DNA of 63,447 nt, the filler included, from Reclinomonas americana ATCC 50394 (lineage: Eukaryota): NCBI GenBank assembly GCA_048213135.1. It is 6 parts of one record of this genome, joined end to end, with 100 filler letters (N's around TTAATTAATTAA, not from the genome) between each part and the next. Parts side by side here need not be neighbours in the genome. Positions count along the whole stretch, not along the records: positions 8,715 to 29,683 come from PS015028.1; 5 more parts are not named here. The stretch is one strand, 5' to 3'. Below are positions 11,421 to 23,188 of this stretch, one piece after another. The notes below the pieces were generated by a model. That model did not search any database. It saw nothing but the letters and a program-made list of their open reading frames with translations, and was not told where the DNA came from. The translations under genes and the position numbers were made by a program. Position 1 is the first letter of the stretch. Every line of letters begins with the position of its first letter.

Positions 11421-13746
11421 ATGTGGAGCAAAGGCGACGTGGTGTCACTGTGTCGTGCACGTGAATGCGGTGTCCTGCAGCGTACATGCCGACATCGCAC
11501 GTTTGCGCATGCGATCACGCGTCAAGTTGCATTGCTTTGTTGTGCATGTGTTTTTCCGTGCACGATCGCCGATCGATGACTTGCATGTTCGCGCAGTTGC
11601 TCAGCAGCGATCAAGTGCGTACACTCAGCGTTGTGTGGGACACAACGCGTTTGGCACATCGCGCACTCCTCGGCTCTCGCAATCTGCATTTGATCGAACA
11701 CGTGCACTTGTCTGGCGCAGCTGCACCGTCGGCCGACGCCTTTTGCGATGTGCACTCACGGTATGTTCATATCGCCTCTATGTGTGTGGAATCGAGTGTG
11801 TTGATTCACTTGGGTGATGCTCAGCGATGGACATTTGCTGTTCCGACTTGGCCGATCGTTGCATCTGCGCGACTTGGTGTGCGTTCGTGGATGGGCCATG
11901 GTGTGTATCTCTCTCCCATTTCATCTCGTCTCCTCGTGCGTGCGGCAAGCAGCTCACTTTTCTCGATGGTGCAGCGTCACTTGTCGGTCAACTTGCTGGT
12001 CGGTCTCACCAAGGTACGACTCGCTGGTGGTTGTCCCTTCAGCCTCTGCCCGCAGCGACCATAACGCCTTTGACGTGGGAGCAGTACGGTACGCTGATTC
12101 TGTTCGATGCGGACTCGGGAGTGGTGCGTGGATCGCTGGATCTCGATCGGCATTCGCTGGCTCTCCGCACCAAGTCACGCTTTCGGTGCATCACGCATGT
12201 TGTTCTTGGTGGTTGTCGTGCTGCCTCACAAGTGCATGCATACGCAGCACGCTGGTGTGTGTCGACACATGCACGGTGGTGGTGCTCTCGGCGGCGCAGG
12301 CCGATCACAGCCGCATCGATGTCATTGTGGTGCAGGTCTGCATGTGTGTGTCTGTTGTTCCCACTGGAAACTCATCACTGTCGCGACCAGCTGGTGCCCG
12401 AGACGCGTGTGACTGCCAAGTTGGCCGTGCAAGTCAGCAAACAGGAAACGTTGGGCGTGGGGTTCAACTGCCTCACTGTGTATCGGCGTGCCAGCGGACC
12501 GGATGTCATGTCGGTGCTGTGTGATCAGCAGTCTCGTTTCTCTTCTCGCTTGTGTTGTCTGCCTCACTACGATCACACGACGGTGCAGTTTTATCCGCTG
12601 GCTCCACTGGTCTCTCAGGTCAGCCTCATTGTGTACTCACGTCACCGCTCCCCCCGACTGCCAACGTCCTCGCACGCATTAGTATCGCAACATGCATCGA
12701 GCAGACACGTGGTCCGCGTCAGTGTCGGCCGATCTGCCATTCATGGCGGTGGCACTGGATCCGTTCATGGCACTGATGAAACTCAATTCACACGAAGGTT
12801 TTGTGGATGCCGACATTGGCGTACCTCACCTCGTGTCGTGCCCGAGACACCGCTTCGAGTTTGCTGTGCACCTGATTGCGCCCGGCTTTCCCGAAGTCAC
12901 CACGCCTGCCGGTCATCGTGTGTCGTCTTCGTGCCGTTCACAGCAGTGCGAGGTTTGGTCGTCGCGTGGATATATATCTGAACGTGCTCGATCCCGTCGC
13001 TTGCCGACACATTGCGCGCAGTTCGGCTGCTGCGACGGCGGCAGTACATTCATGTTCACCGACACACACCGCGTGTCGCTGTATGAGTTGTGTGTGCAAC
13101 CGGTTCCCGTGTTGCGCCACCGATTCACGATCTGGGCGAGAGACATGAGCAAGGTGTCGTGGACGTGCCCGGAAGACGCCGACGCTGGCGGCAGTGGCCA
13201 GCCACCGCTGGAAGGCGTCGGCGCGACAGTGGTCACCACGCGGTCCGGTCGACAGGTGTGACTCTACGCGTGCGCAGACAGAGTAATGTGGCAAGGTGCT
13301 CATTGCGGCGAGTACCACGCACACACACGCACACAGTCACGCCGGCTGTTCGACTTGCGGCCGCTATTCGACACGGTGATTCTCGACACTGACTTCAACG
13401 AGGACACGGACGTGCTCACAGTGCTCACGAGCGACCTGACGCTGTCGCTGTGGTGGTATGCCTGCTCCACTTCTTACCTCATAGCACACACCTCACGCGC
13501 CTTCACAGCGCCCGGTCGGGTCGCCGCCTACATCACGTCAGCGTGTCTCCGCCGGATGCGGTAATGGCCTGCATGCTCAAGTACGACGACGACGCCGACG
13601 TGAACCATTTGTACGCGCAAGACAGTCACACCGTGGACCACGACGGACTGCATGTGCTGTGGATGTCGAGTTTCCGAAAACGAGGCAGCTACGAGAGCTG
13701 GGCGCTTTCACTGGGTCTCGTGGAGAGAGCAGAATTGCGGGATTGA
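11421..13746 (+). CDS. DCAF17-like protein (multi-exon)
   Basis: C-terminal VVTTRSGRQ|SRRLFDL...DTDFNEDTDVLTVL resembles the DCAF17 segment VTxSGRxVxxxFxL...DYEDELDLL; N-terminal VVSLCRARECG also fits; recognised from memory. Confidence 0.55.
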
Positions 13747-13747
13747 C

Positions 13748-15007
13748 TCACAAGCGGGCCCGGAGACGCACGCGCGCCGATTCGTCAAACGGTGCATCGC
13801 GCTCGGCCACCGCCTGCCGATACCCCACTTGTTGTGCGCGCTGCTGGAATGCGTAGCCCTCCTGCGTGTGTCTCGCAATGCCGTCAAACACCGTCGACAT
13901 GGTCTGCATGCTCTCCACACCCGACTGGAGCAACTGCTGGTTGCACACCAGCTTGTGCATGATCAGTTGATTGATTGGCACCTTGGCGATGCGCTGCACC
14001 AGCTCCTGTGACACAACTCGCGGGGATGAGCTGCGCACAATTCAGCCGCACAGTGGTGTGCCAGAACCTCAAACTTGGCGTCGAGTTCGCCGGCCGGATG
14101 CGACTCCAGGGCCAGACCCCACTCGGCCGCCTGCTTGCCCGAGATCAAGTCACTGCGATGGTGGCACTAGAGTCGGCGACTACCCTACACAGAGCGAAGG
14201 GCGAACTCACCCAGTGAAGAGCAGTCGTTTGGCTCGTTGCACCCCGATGCGCTCCATCCACATGGCAGTGGTCGGCACACCCCACACTCGTGCCGGACTG
14301 TATCCCATCTTGGCATCGTCAGCCACCACCAGCATGTCGCTACACAAGGCCAGATCCGTGCCGCCGGCCACGCAAAAGCCTGCACACGAGCAGTCAGTTG
14401 CAAGCAAGTACGACTTTTTTTCCTCCAAGAACAGGTTATGCCCCCCACCGTGGACCTGTGGAAAGGCACCGCTCAGTGCCCTCTCTCGTGCACAGATGGC
14501 GGAACAAGCAACCATCAAGAACCTTGCACAACACCGGCTTGTTGCAGCGGAACAAGGCCATGTACGAACGCACATTGCGCGACTGCATGCATGCATGCAA
14601 CTGATCAGATCACAACGAACGCCTCACTCGCTCTCTCCACACACACATGCGCCGACCATGAACTGATAGTCCTTCATCGGATCCCACACTGCATCGGGCT
14701 GGTGGTTGTCGCGCACAGTGGCCCAGTGTGTCGGGGCTCCCACGCGTTGTCCCTCATCGTCATCCATCGGCTTTGCATGCATGTCTTCTGCCAGTGCTTT
14801 CAGATCGTATCCTCCGCAAAAGCCGGCGCCCTCTCCCGACAACGCAATCACGTGCACTGCAGGGTCGAGATCGGCTTTCTCCACTGCACACTCGAGCTCA
14901 CGCGCCAGCTTGGTGGTGATCCCATTGCCGCGTTGTGGACGATTCAGGCGGATGCGCGCCACGTGACCATCCACAGAGTATAGGAGTGTGCGGAACTGCT
15001 CGCTCAT
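13748..15007 (-). CDS. Enoyl-CoA hydratase/crotonase family protein, bacterial (PRK08272-like) type, 6 exons
   Basis: ARIRLNRPQRGNGI, FCGGYDL, WDPMKDYQFM, KPVLCK|VH|GFCVAGGTDLALCSD, RVWGVPTTAMW, GVQRAKRLLFTGD, STVFDGIARHTQEG. Confidence 0.92.
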
Positions 15008-15062
15008 CACTCGGCGAGAGTGACAGTGTTTGCTCTCCGCCTTTCTTTATGATAAAGTACAA

Positions 15063-15963
15063 TCATCGGCGAGCACCGGGCAATGCACCCTCACGCGACA
15101 CCGACAAGTGTCTTGTTCGCTTCCACACGATAACGACACCGGTCTCATCTGTTGCCAGGCGCAGCGTGAGAAGTGGCCGAAGAACAAAACGCATACAACA
15201 TGGCACACACCGCACGATGCCAGCAGTGTTTCGTCGGGTGACCACGAGACGTCGAGCACGGTGGCTGCGTGCCCTTGCAGCACCGTGGTTGCTGTCTTCT
15301 TCGAGGACTCCAAGTCGAACACGTACACACCACCGTCTTCGCTGCCACTCACTGCACCCACGAGAAATGGTCAGCAGTGAGTTGTGTGCAAACAAAAGGC
15401 AATCCGACGCACCGAGACCAGCACCGCCTCCGCCAGTGCCGATACGCGGCGTGAATACGGCGTGAATGTTCTTGCGGCGATGCTTGATGGCGTAGCGTGT
15501 CGCTGGCGTGAGCGAGCCTTTCGGGCGGTCTTGCAGAATGGCAAACACTTGCACCGAGTCCACACATGCGCTGACCACCAGTGACGGCCGCCCGAGGGCC
15601 GATGGATCCCACAAACTGTAGTTCAAGCAGGTGATTGGTGAATCCGACGGCAGCACTTGCGTCACCGTGGTGGTGGTGTATTTGCCCTTGCCATCCCACT
15701 CGTACGAGGTGACACGACCCTGCCACACTCTTCAACACACAATAATAGTCTGCGTCGTAAAATCAAAGATCACCTTGTCGTCGCCCGCAAACAGCAGCAT
15801 GCCCTGTTGATCGAAGGCGAGAGCCGTCACTGAAGCGTGTGGTTTCAGTTGCGTCTCCTGCACTCGACGGCCACTGCTGAGGTTGACAAAATGCAGAGTG
15901 CCACTTGCAAAACCAATCTGCAGTCATCCATCCGACGTCAACGATAGGCAACCACAAACATTC

Positions 15964-16011
<48 letters not shown>

Positions 16012-17815
16012 ACTCTCTCTTGCTCCCTCTCATGCGCACCACCAAGAGATTCGAGTTGGACGGGTGGAAACGCACGGCCACGGACGGCGAATGGAGCGAC
16101 GGCAGCTGCTCGGCTTGCTCAAACAACACTCGCACACAGTCGCCGTTGGAAGGGTACCACACACGGACAGCACCATCCAGCGACGCCGTGGCCACGTATT
16201 CGTCGGCCTGCGACCAGTCCATGTCTGCAGGCAGCCAGCCTCCAAAAGTTAGCCGCCACACACACACACACAACTATTCTTGAAATCATGATGAACCACC
16301 ACACCGGTAATGGCCTTGGAGTGCGCCTGGATGCTTTGGAACTTGTCGGGCGGCTCCGACAAGTTCTTCAGCGTCAGCATACCACTGGCGCTCCCACACG
16401 CCAGCAGCGAGGAGTCGGTGCGCGCAAATCNNNNNNNNNNNNNNNNNNNNNNNNNNNNNNNNNNNNNNNNNNNNNNNNNNNNNNNNNNNNNNNNNNNNNN
16501 NNNNNNNNNNNNNNNNNNNNNNNNNNNNNNNNNNNNNNNNNNNNNNNNNNNNNNNNNNNNNNNNNNNNNNNNNNNNNNNNNNNNNNNNNNNNNNNNNNNN
16601 NNNNNNNNNNNNNNNNNNNNNNNNNNNNNNNNNNNNNNNNNNNNNNNNNNNNNNNNNNNNNNNNNNNNNNNNNNNNNNNNNNNNNNNNNNNNNNNNNNNN
16701 NNNNNNNNNNNNNNNNNNNNNNNNNNNNNNNNNNNNNNNNNNNNNNNNNNNNNNNNNNNNNNNNNNNNNNNNNNNNNNNNNNNNNNNNNNNNNNNNNGAA
16801 CCGTCGTCCCTGTTTGCGATTGCTCTGTCAGGCGTTGACGATGGATCGCGCGAACCACAACCGCGACGAACCAGCATGTGGCGCATCAAAGTCATAGATC
16901 TGGAAGATACCCTGAAAGGCGTACTGCTCGGTCGGCGGCGTGTCAGCATCGCCGAGGCCGCCCTCGCTATTGCTGTTATCCGAATCGCCCTCACTGCACG
17001 CCAACAAGATCAGCATCCACCGCGCACCTCCACGTACATGTACACGCCCGCCGCACGCAACGTTCCGTCAAAGCCACCAATGGACGACACACTAAAGTCG
17101 GTGAACGAGCTGAAGCTCTGCCAACAACAACCACAACAACAATCGCCGCTGTGTGTGTCAGGCGCGGTTTTTCACGCACCACGCAGCACACGAACACCAG
17201 CAAACCTCAGTGCGCTTGCGATCATAACTGATGCGCCTTCCCGAGCCACTGGCCCCACCACCCGCGGCCGCACTCTTCAGCTTCTGTGGCGACGAGTACG
17301 ACAGCTCCGCAGTGTTCTCGTGCAGTCCTCCTCCTCCTCCACCACTGCCCACTCGCCGATGCTGCTGTGAGAGCTCTAACAGAACGCGGATGATTCAGTG
17401 TGCAGTGACAAAGAGATAGACACTGTGAGAGCATCACACGCAACTGCGAAGTCGCTCATCGCGCTTCATCTTGGCAAACGCACACACTCGTGATCGCATC
17501 TCATAGTACGCCGAGGATCGACGCAACATCTGCCAGAGAGCGAGTAAGAGGGAAGGAATCACAGAATCGTGTGAGAAGAGTGTGCACGCATGTGTGTGTG
17601 TGCGTCGCCCTCTCTCTTTCTGTGTGTATGTGTGTCCACGCAACTCCCGATCGTTCCTTCTCACGCAGCATGACGAGGCGATCGGCCGCGTACTGATTGG
17701 TGCGACCAATAGAGGAGGCCAGATCGCGTTCCCAGAAGCGCGCCTCGGGCGAGTCCACACTCCACAGAGTGCCTCCTGTGGTGGACGAGGAGGAGGAAGG
17801 AGAGGCCGCTGCCAT
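15063..17815 (-). CDS. WDR13: WD repeat protein 13 homologue (internal gap)
   Basis: EQYAFQGIFQIYD, DWSQADEYVATASLDGAVRVW, VRFHPSNSNLLV, VSGSEDGGVYVFD, LQGHAATVLDVSWSPDETLLASC|DETGVVIVWKR. Confidence 0.8.
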
Positions 17816-18020
17816 GCGCGCTCTCTCTCGTGAATTGGCGATCAATTGTATCCCGAGTCGTATCATTGGTACAATAGAATTCGCATTTTCTTTATAACAA
17901 CAACAACAGCAGCAGCACAGCAGTACGTTGCCACGCGTGCATGTGTGTGTGTGCACCACCGAGTTAAAAAAACAACAAGAACAACTACAAAACATATTAT
18001 ACAGGCAACTAACTATGGTA

Positions 18021-21000
18021 TCATCTGGCAGCCGCACGCAAATCTTGCACCGTGGCGCGACGTCGGCCGCTGCTGCTGCCGCCGGTGCTGCTGCCGCCAC
18101 CGCCCGCGGTTGGTGTGAGATTGAACAGCGCGTTGGCGGCCTTGTTGTCTGCGCCTGCCGAGGCTGCGCTGGCCGAGGCGGGACGATCCAGCGAGTGCGA
18201 TCGTGAGGCGGCCATGGCGGTGACGGCGGCGGCGGCGAGTGTGGCCACGGGCTGTCGACTGCGGCTCTCTCGTTCCGCGGCGTTGGCCACCACAAAGACA
18301 TTGCCGCCGCTGGCAGAGGATGGCATGTGCAACGAGGCGCGTGGTGCGCTCTGTGGCCGCACCGGTCGCGCCTGCCCCGCCACCTCGACGACGGCCGAGC
18401 CAGACGGTGGAGTGGCGCCGACAGATGATGGTGCCGGTGGTGCAGCACCCGCCGATTGAACGCGTGTGGACGTGCTCGTCGTGTTCACATTCATGCGCCG
18501 GTGCAGTGCCGCCGCCGCAGCAGTCGCCGACGCAATGCGCGTGGGAACAGCCGACTCGGACACCGACATGCGTAGCCCGCCCGCTGCCATGGCTACGGAA
18601 CTCGACTGCGAGCCGACAGAGGACGAGCCGGCGGGGGAAATGTGCGTCTCCCGTGCGTTGGAGGCCAGCAGCGATAATACCGCCGGCGGCTTGGGGTTCT
18701 GCTGACCGAGTAATATTTGCTCCTGCTGTTGTGACAGCTGCGCGGCACACAATCACAGTTAGCATCAGCGACGGACACTCATAGAAAAATGGACTCTCTC
18801 TTGCTGACCTTCGACACCACCGGTCGCCTCTGCACCGGCACAGGTCGGTTGCCGGAGGCACCGGCGCTGGCCGGTCGGACAGCCGTCTGCACATCAAAGC
18901 GCGGGGGCGGAATAAATTGGCGCACCTCCACCGAGCGCGGCGCTCGCTCGGCGTCCTCTTCGCTGATCCCAGACTGCCGACTCGACCCGTGCACCTGATC
19001 CTGTTAGCGCGCACGCGCAAAACCCTTGTGAGTCACGACACGCTTAATGCAAAACACACATAAACACTCGTGACTCACCGAGGCAGGCGTGCCACCCGAG
19101 GCCGCGGCACCGACAATGCGTTGCTGATGCTGCAGACCGCTGGCGACGCGAGGCGTTTGACCCGCCGACAAAACAGGACGCACCATTGCATGCGCGCCGT
19201 CGGAATCGTTGCCCGCGGTCGGTCGACTTGTCAGCGGGCGGGAGATTGGGGGCGACAACCTACACACACGGGGGGAGTCAGACGCACAAAGAAGTCGCGT
19301 CATTCCACGTTGTAGGAACGCAACACTCGTGCGTCTCCCGCCGCCGCCGCTGCCGCCGCTGCTGCTACTGCCGCCTCGGCAATCACCGGAATGGAGCCAG
19401 CACTGCGGCTGCGGATCGGCTGACTCGGGCGCGAGGCGCGGGACTGGCGCTGATTGTCGGGCTGCGCTGCCGGTGACTGTCCAACACTGACCAAGCGAAC
19501 CTGTGACGAGGGAGTTGAGAAACACCTTCCCCCAGACACAGTAAAAACCGTCGAGGTGGACAAACCGAGTCCTCGGTCGAGGCAACCGTGGACGAGGAGA
19601 ACGTCTCGGTGGCGTGTCGTGACATGTCGTTCGGGAGGTGCGGTGCCAGTTCTGGTGGTATCAACGAGCACGCATCGCGCATGGCTACCAGAAGAGTCAA
19701 ACGCCGACGAAAATGAGAAAGAGGCCGGCGAGAAAAAGGAAAAAACACACACACACCTGGTCTCTTATCCGGCACCTTCTCCAGCAGTGTACCGAGGAAA
19801 GCACGGAATCGAGATGAGTAGTGATTGGATAGTGGCGCTGGTGATTTGTGTACAATGTTGCTGGCCAGATCGAAAACGTTGGTGCCCTACGCGAGTGACC
19901 CACGTCAGTTGCATGGCGAGAGAGAAATTCCATCTTCTCCCGCTAAACGCACCTCAAATGGCGGGTGCAATGCTGCCAGCTGGTACAGCAGGCAGCCGTA
20001 GCCCCACACATCGACCTTGTAGTCGTACGGTTTCTTGCGTACTTGCTCCGGAGCAAAGAAGGCCGGTGTGCCGGCTTGCGTGTGCAAAAATTCGTCCTCT
20101 CCCACAATACGAGACACGCCAAGGTCGCCAATCTGCCCATATCATCGTTGGATCGCACGCACACGTACAGAGGCACAGACATGTATGTTCCGCAAGTAGA
20201 CGCACCTTGACTCGCTTGTCGGCCGTGAGAAACACATTAAGACACTTGAGATCGCGATGGATAATGTGCTGGTCGTGCAAGTAGACCAGCGCCGACGCCA
20301 GCTCGCTGGCCAGCTTCCACAGTAATCTCTCGGAAAAATACGCGTGCTTCTTCTTGTGTCGTTTGTACAGGCGGTGCAAGTCGCCGCGCTCCGCGTACTG
20401 AGCAATCGCGACGCAAAATAAAACAAGCAGTCAGCGCGCATCCGGAGAAAGTAAATACGAGTGCACGTTTCCCTCACCTCCATGATAATGTACAGTGAGT
20501 CGTTGTCCATAAACGACGAGTAGTAGCGCACAATGTTCGGGTGATCGATGTCGCGCAGCAACAGAGCCTGCAGCGAGTCGGGGAATGAGAAAACAATGAG
20601 CAGCAGCCAGCGGACCTACAGCGACGAAACTTCCGAGAGGGCCTTCTGACGCCGAGTCGGCTTCATATTGCGAAGCACGATCTGCTTGGCCACGTAAATG
20701 CGCTTGTCGCGGCGTGAGCGGACCTTGTACACGGTCCCGTAGGTACCGCGCCCAATCTCACTCAGCATGTCGAAGTCGCCTGCACGAGAAACCATCAGCT
20801 TGTGTTTCTCCCCGATCTTCCCACAACCATCGACCCTCACCGAGACATGTGCCAACGTCTGTCGCCAACACCGGCCTTCGCTCCTGAAAGCGCGACGATG
20901 GCATCCCTGGCGCTGCTCCTGCTGCCGCCGCCACTGCTGACGATGCCGACGAGGGAACCACTCCGGATGGCGAAGCCGTCGACCGCGGTGGGTAGCTGGT

Positions 21001-21883
21001 CGGTGCCGCCGCCGCAGAAGGCGTCACATGAGCCGGCGCCACAGCCGCCCGCGGCGCAAACCCCACCGCCTCCTGCTCCCCTCGCCGCTCCCCGGTCACC
21101 ACCACCCGCTCCGGCGAACCGCGCGGCACACGCCTTCCACCACGCTCCGCCTCCCCATCACTGTCACTGGCACTGGCCGTGGCCACCACAGGCCGCACAC
21201 CCTGCCGCTGCTGTAACCTACTCACGTGCTCCCGCACCTCCGCTCTCTCCTCCTCCCCCTCATCATCATCATCATCATCATCGTCACCATCATCCTCGAC
21301 ATCCAACAGCTCATCATCAAAATCCATCGACGCCGCAGACAACTCACGCGCGCCAGCCTCCGACGCCGCCACGCCCTCCAGTGGACGATGCGCCGACGAC
21401 ACAGCCAACGACAAAGACGCAGCATTGCCTGACTTTCGCCGCTCCAACGCCGGTGCCGCCGACGACGGACGAATCAGAGACGATGACACAGCAGCCAAAG
21501 AAGGCGACTGCGCAGGCACGGGTGAATGCCGGTGAAAGTGGTGCGCGGCGGCTGCTGCGGCCGCGGCCGCCAACATCCCCGACGACTGTTGTTGTTGTTG
21601 TTGCGGTGTGGGCGACGGCGAGAGCAGTGGCGACGCAGCCGGAGCTGCACTCTGTGGTCTCACGCGCACTACGACACTGGTCGCATCGTCGTTGCCGGAA
21701 GACGATGCGTGATTCGGAGTGGTCAGCGGCACAAACGGCGTCGCTCCTATTCATTCATCACCATCAAAGTCACAAACAAACATATTTTTTAAAAAATGAG
21801 TAACAAGACGCACCACTTGCCACTGCAGTGGGCGCCGCAGATGAAGGCCGCCGCAGGCCGCTGGTGCGCAGCCTCGCGCTCAT
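18021..21883 (-). CDS. NIMA-related (NEK) Ser/Thr kinase with long low-complexity N- and C-terminal extensions
   Basis: IGRGTYGTVYKV, YVAKQI, SE|ALLLRDIDHPNIVRYY, HIIHRDLKCLNVFL, K|IGDLGVSR, GTPAFFAPE, YDYKVDVWGYG. Confidence 0.9.
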
Positions 21884-21960
21884 GCGCGTCGTTGTTTGTT
21901 TGTTGGCGATGACAAACGCATGCCGCGAGCCTCTGTCCACTGTCCACACTGTCCACAACA

Positions 21961-23188
21961 ATGCGCGCGCTCATCGTGTGCATCGTGCTTGTTGCGGCCA
22001 TGTCGCTCTCTGTCTGCGGCATTAAGCAGAGCAAGATCCACTATGTGCGCGTGTCTCCTTTCAGTGTGTGACTGTGTGTGTGATCTCACACTCACTCTCA
22101 CTTGTAGGTGGATTCGCTCGAGGCGCCGGGAAAAGGCTGGCGGAATTTTCTTGTGCGAGGTGCGTGTGTCTGCGTGTGTGTGTGTGTGTGCATGTGACTC
22201 ATGACTGTGAGAGCAGGCGACCAGCCGCGGAATGACGCTGTTCGTCTAATTCATTGCTCACGTTGCACGCCACACACTCGCTCACTGCTGTGCATGCGCA
22301 GGTGGACTTTGCCGATTGTGGCGGTAGAGTGCCTTATGCCGAGTTTCGTCTCTCTCTCTTTGTCTCGTGGCTTGCTGGCTTCTCATGCTGCGCTGTGCAG
22401 TTGCTTTGGGTGGGATGAGTTGAGGAACTTTACGGCGATTCAAGTGGCGAAGGAGTCGCCGTACAAGCTGCCTGAGGACTTTTTGTTGATCGATGTCAGT
22501 CTCATTGGCGACGAGGATCCGGTCGAGCCGATTGACTCGGCGATTGAGAAGGCGTTTTTTGATCAATACCCCGAGCGCGGGCAGTATGTGCACTGGGAGA
22601 CCAAGGGTGAAACGAGTTGCGCGAATCGAACCACACAGGCAGTGCGCCCCCTTCCTTTTGTTGCTGCCTGCTGATCGAGCACGCGCAGTCGACAACTGCC
22701 CGACGAGCAAGTTCACAGAGACGCAGATTGCGCAGCGCTCCGCCAATGTGTCGTGGATGCTCGACGATTTGGTGTCGCGAACAGCATCGCTGCGCACGTT
22801 GTTGCAGAGTGCAGCGGCCAAACCGCTGCTCATCTACGTGCACTGCGAGCACGGCATGGATCGCACCGGTGAAATGGCGGGCGCTTACGTGTTGCGCTAC
22901 CTGCAGCAGAGCTGGAGTGCGGTCTGCACCTACAATGATCATGGTGTGTCGCCGGAGAACACTGTCGTCCTTTCTTTATGGTTGCATCTTCTCACACTCC
23001 GCACTTCACGCAGTTGGCGTTCGACCCATGCAGCCGGCAAACAAGTGCGCCATGCAATGGTTTGCAACACACACTCACGCGCTGTTGCCTTGTCGTCGTG
23101 CTAAGTAAGCATGCTGCACAGGTTCTGCTACCACCTCGCCGATTCGTCACCATCGGTGGCACAACAGCTTCAGTGCGGGATGTCGTGA
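21961..23188 (+). CDS. Secreted PTP/DSP-superfamily phosphatase (apparent 1-nt frameshift in exon 2)
   Basis: Signal peptide MRALIVCIVLVAAMSLSVCG; NFLVRG|DQP; active site IYVHCEHGMDRTG; AATAAA shortly after the stop. Confidence 0.8.
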
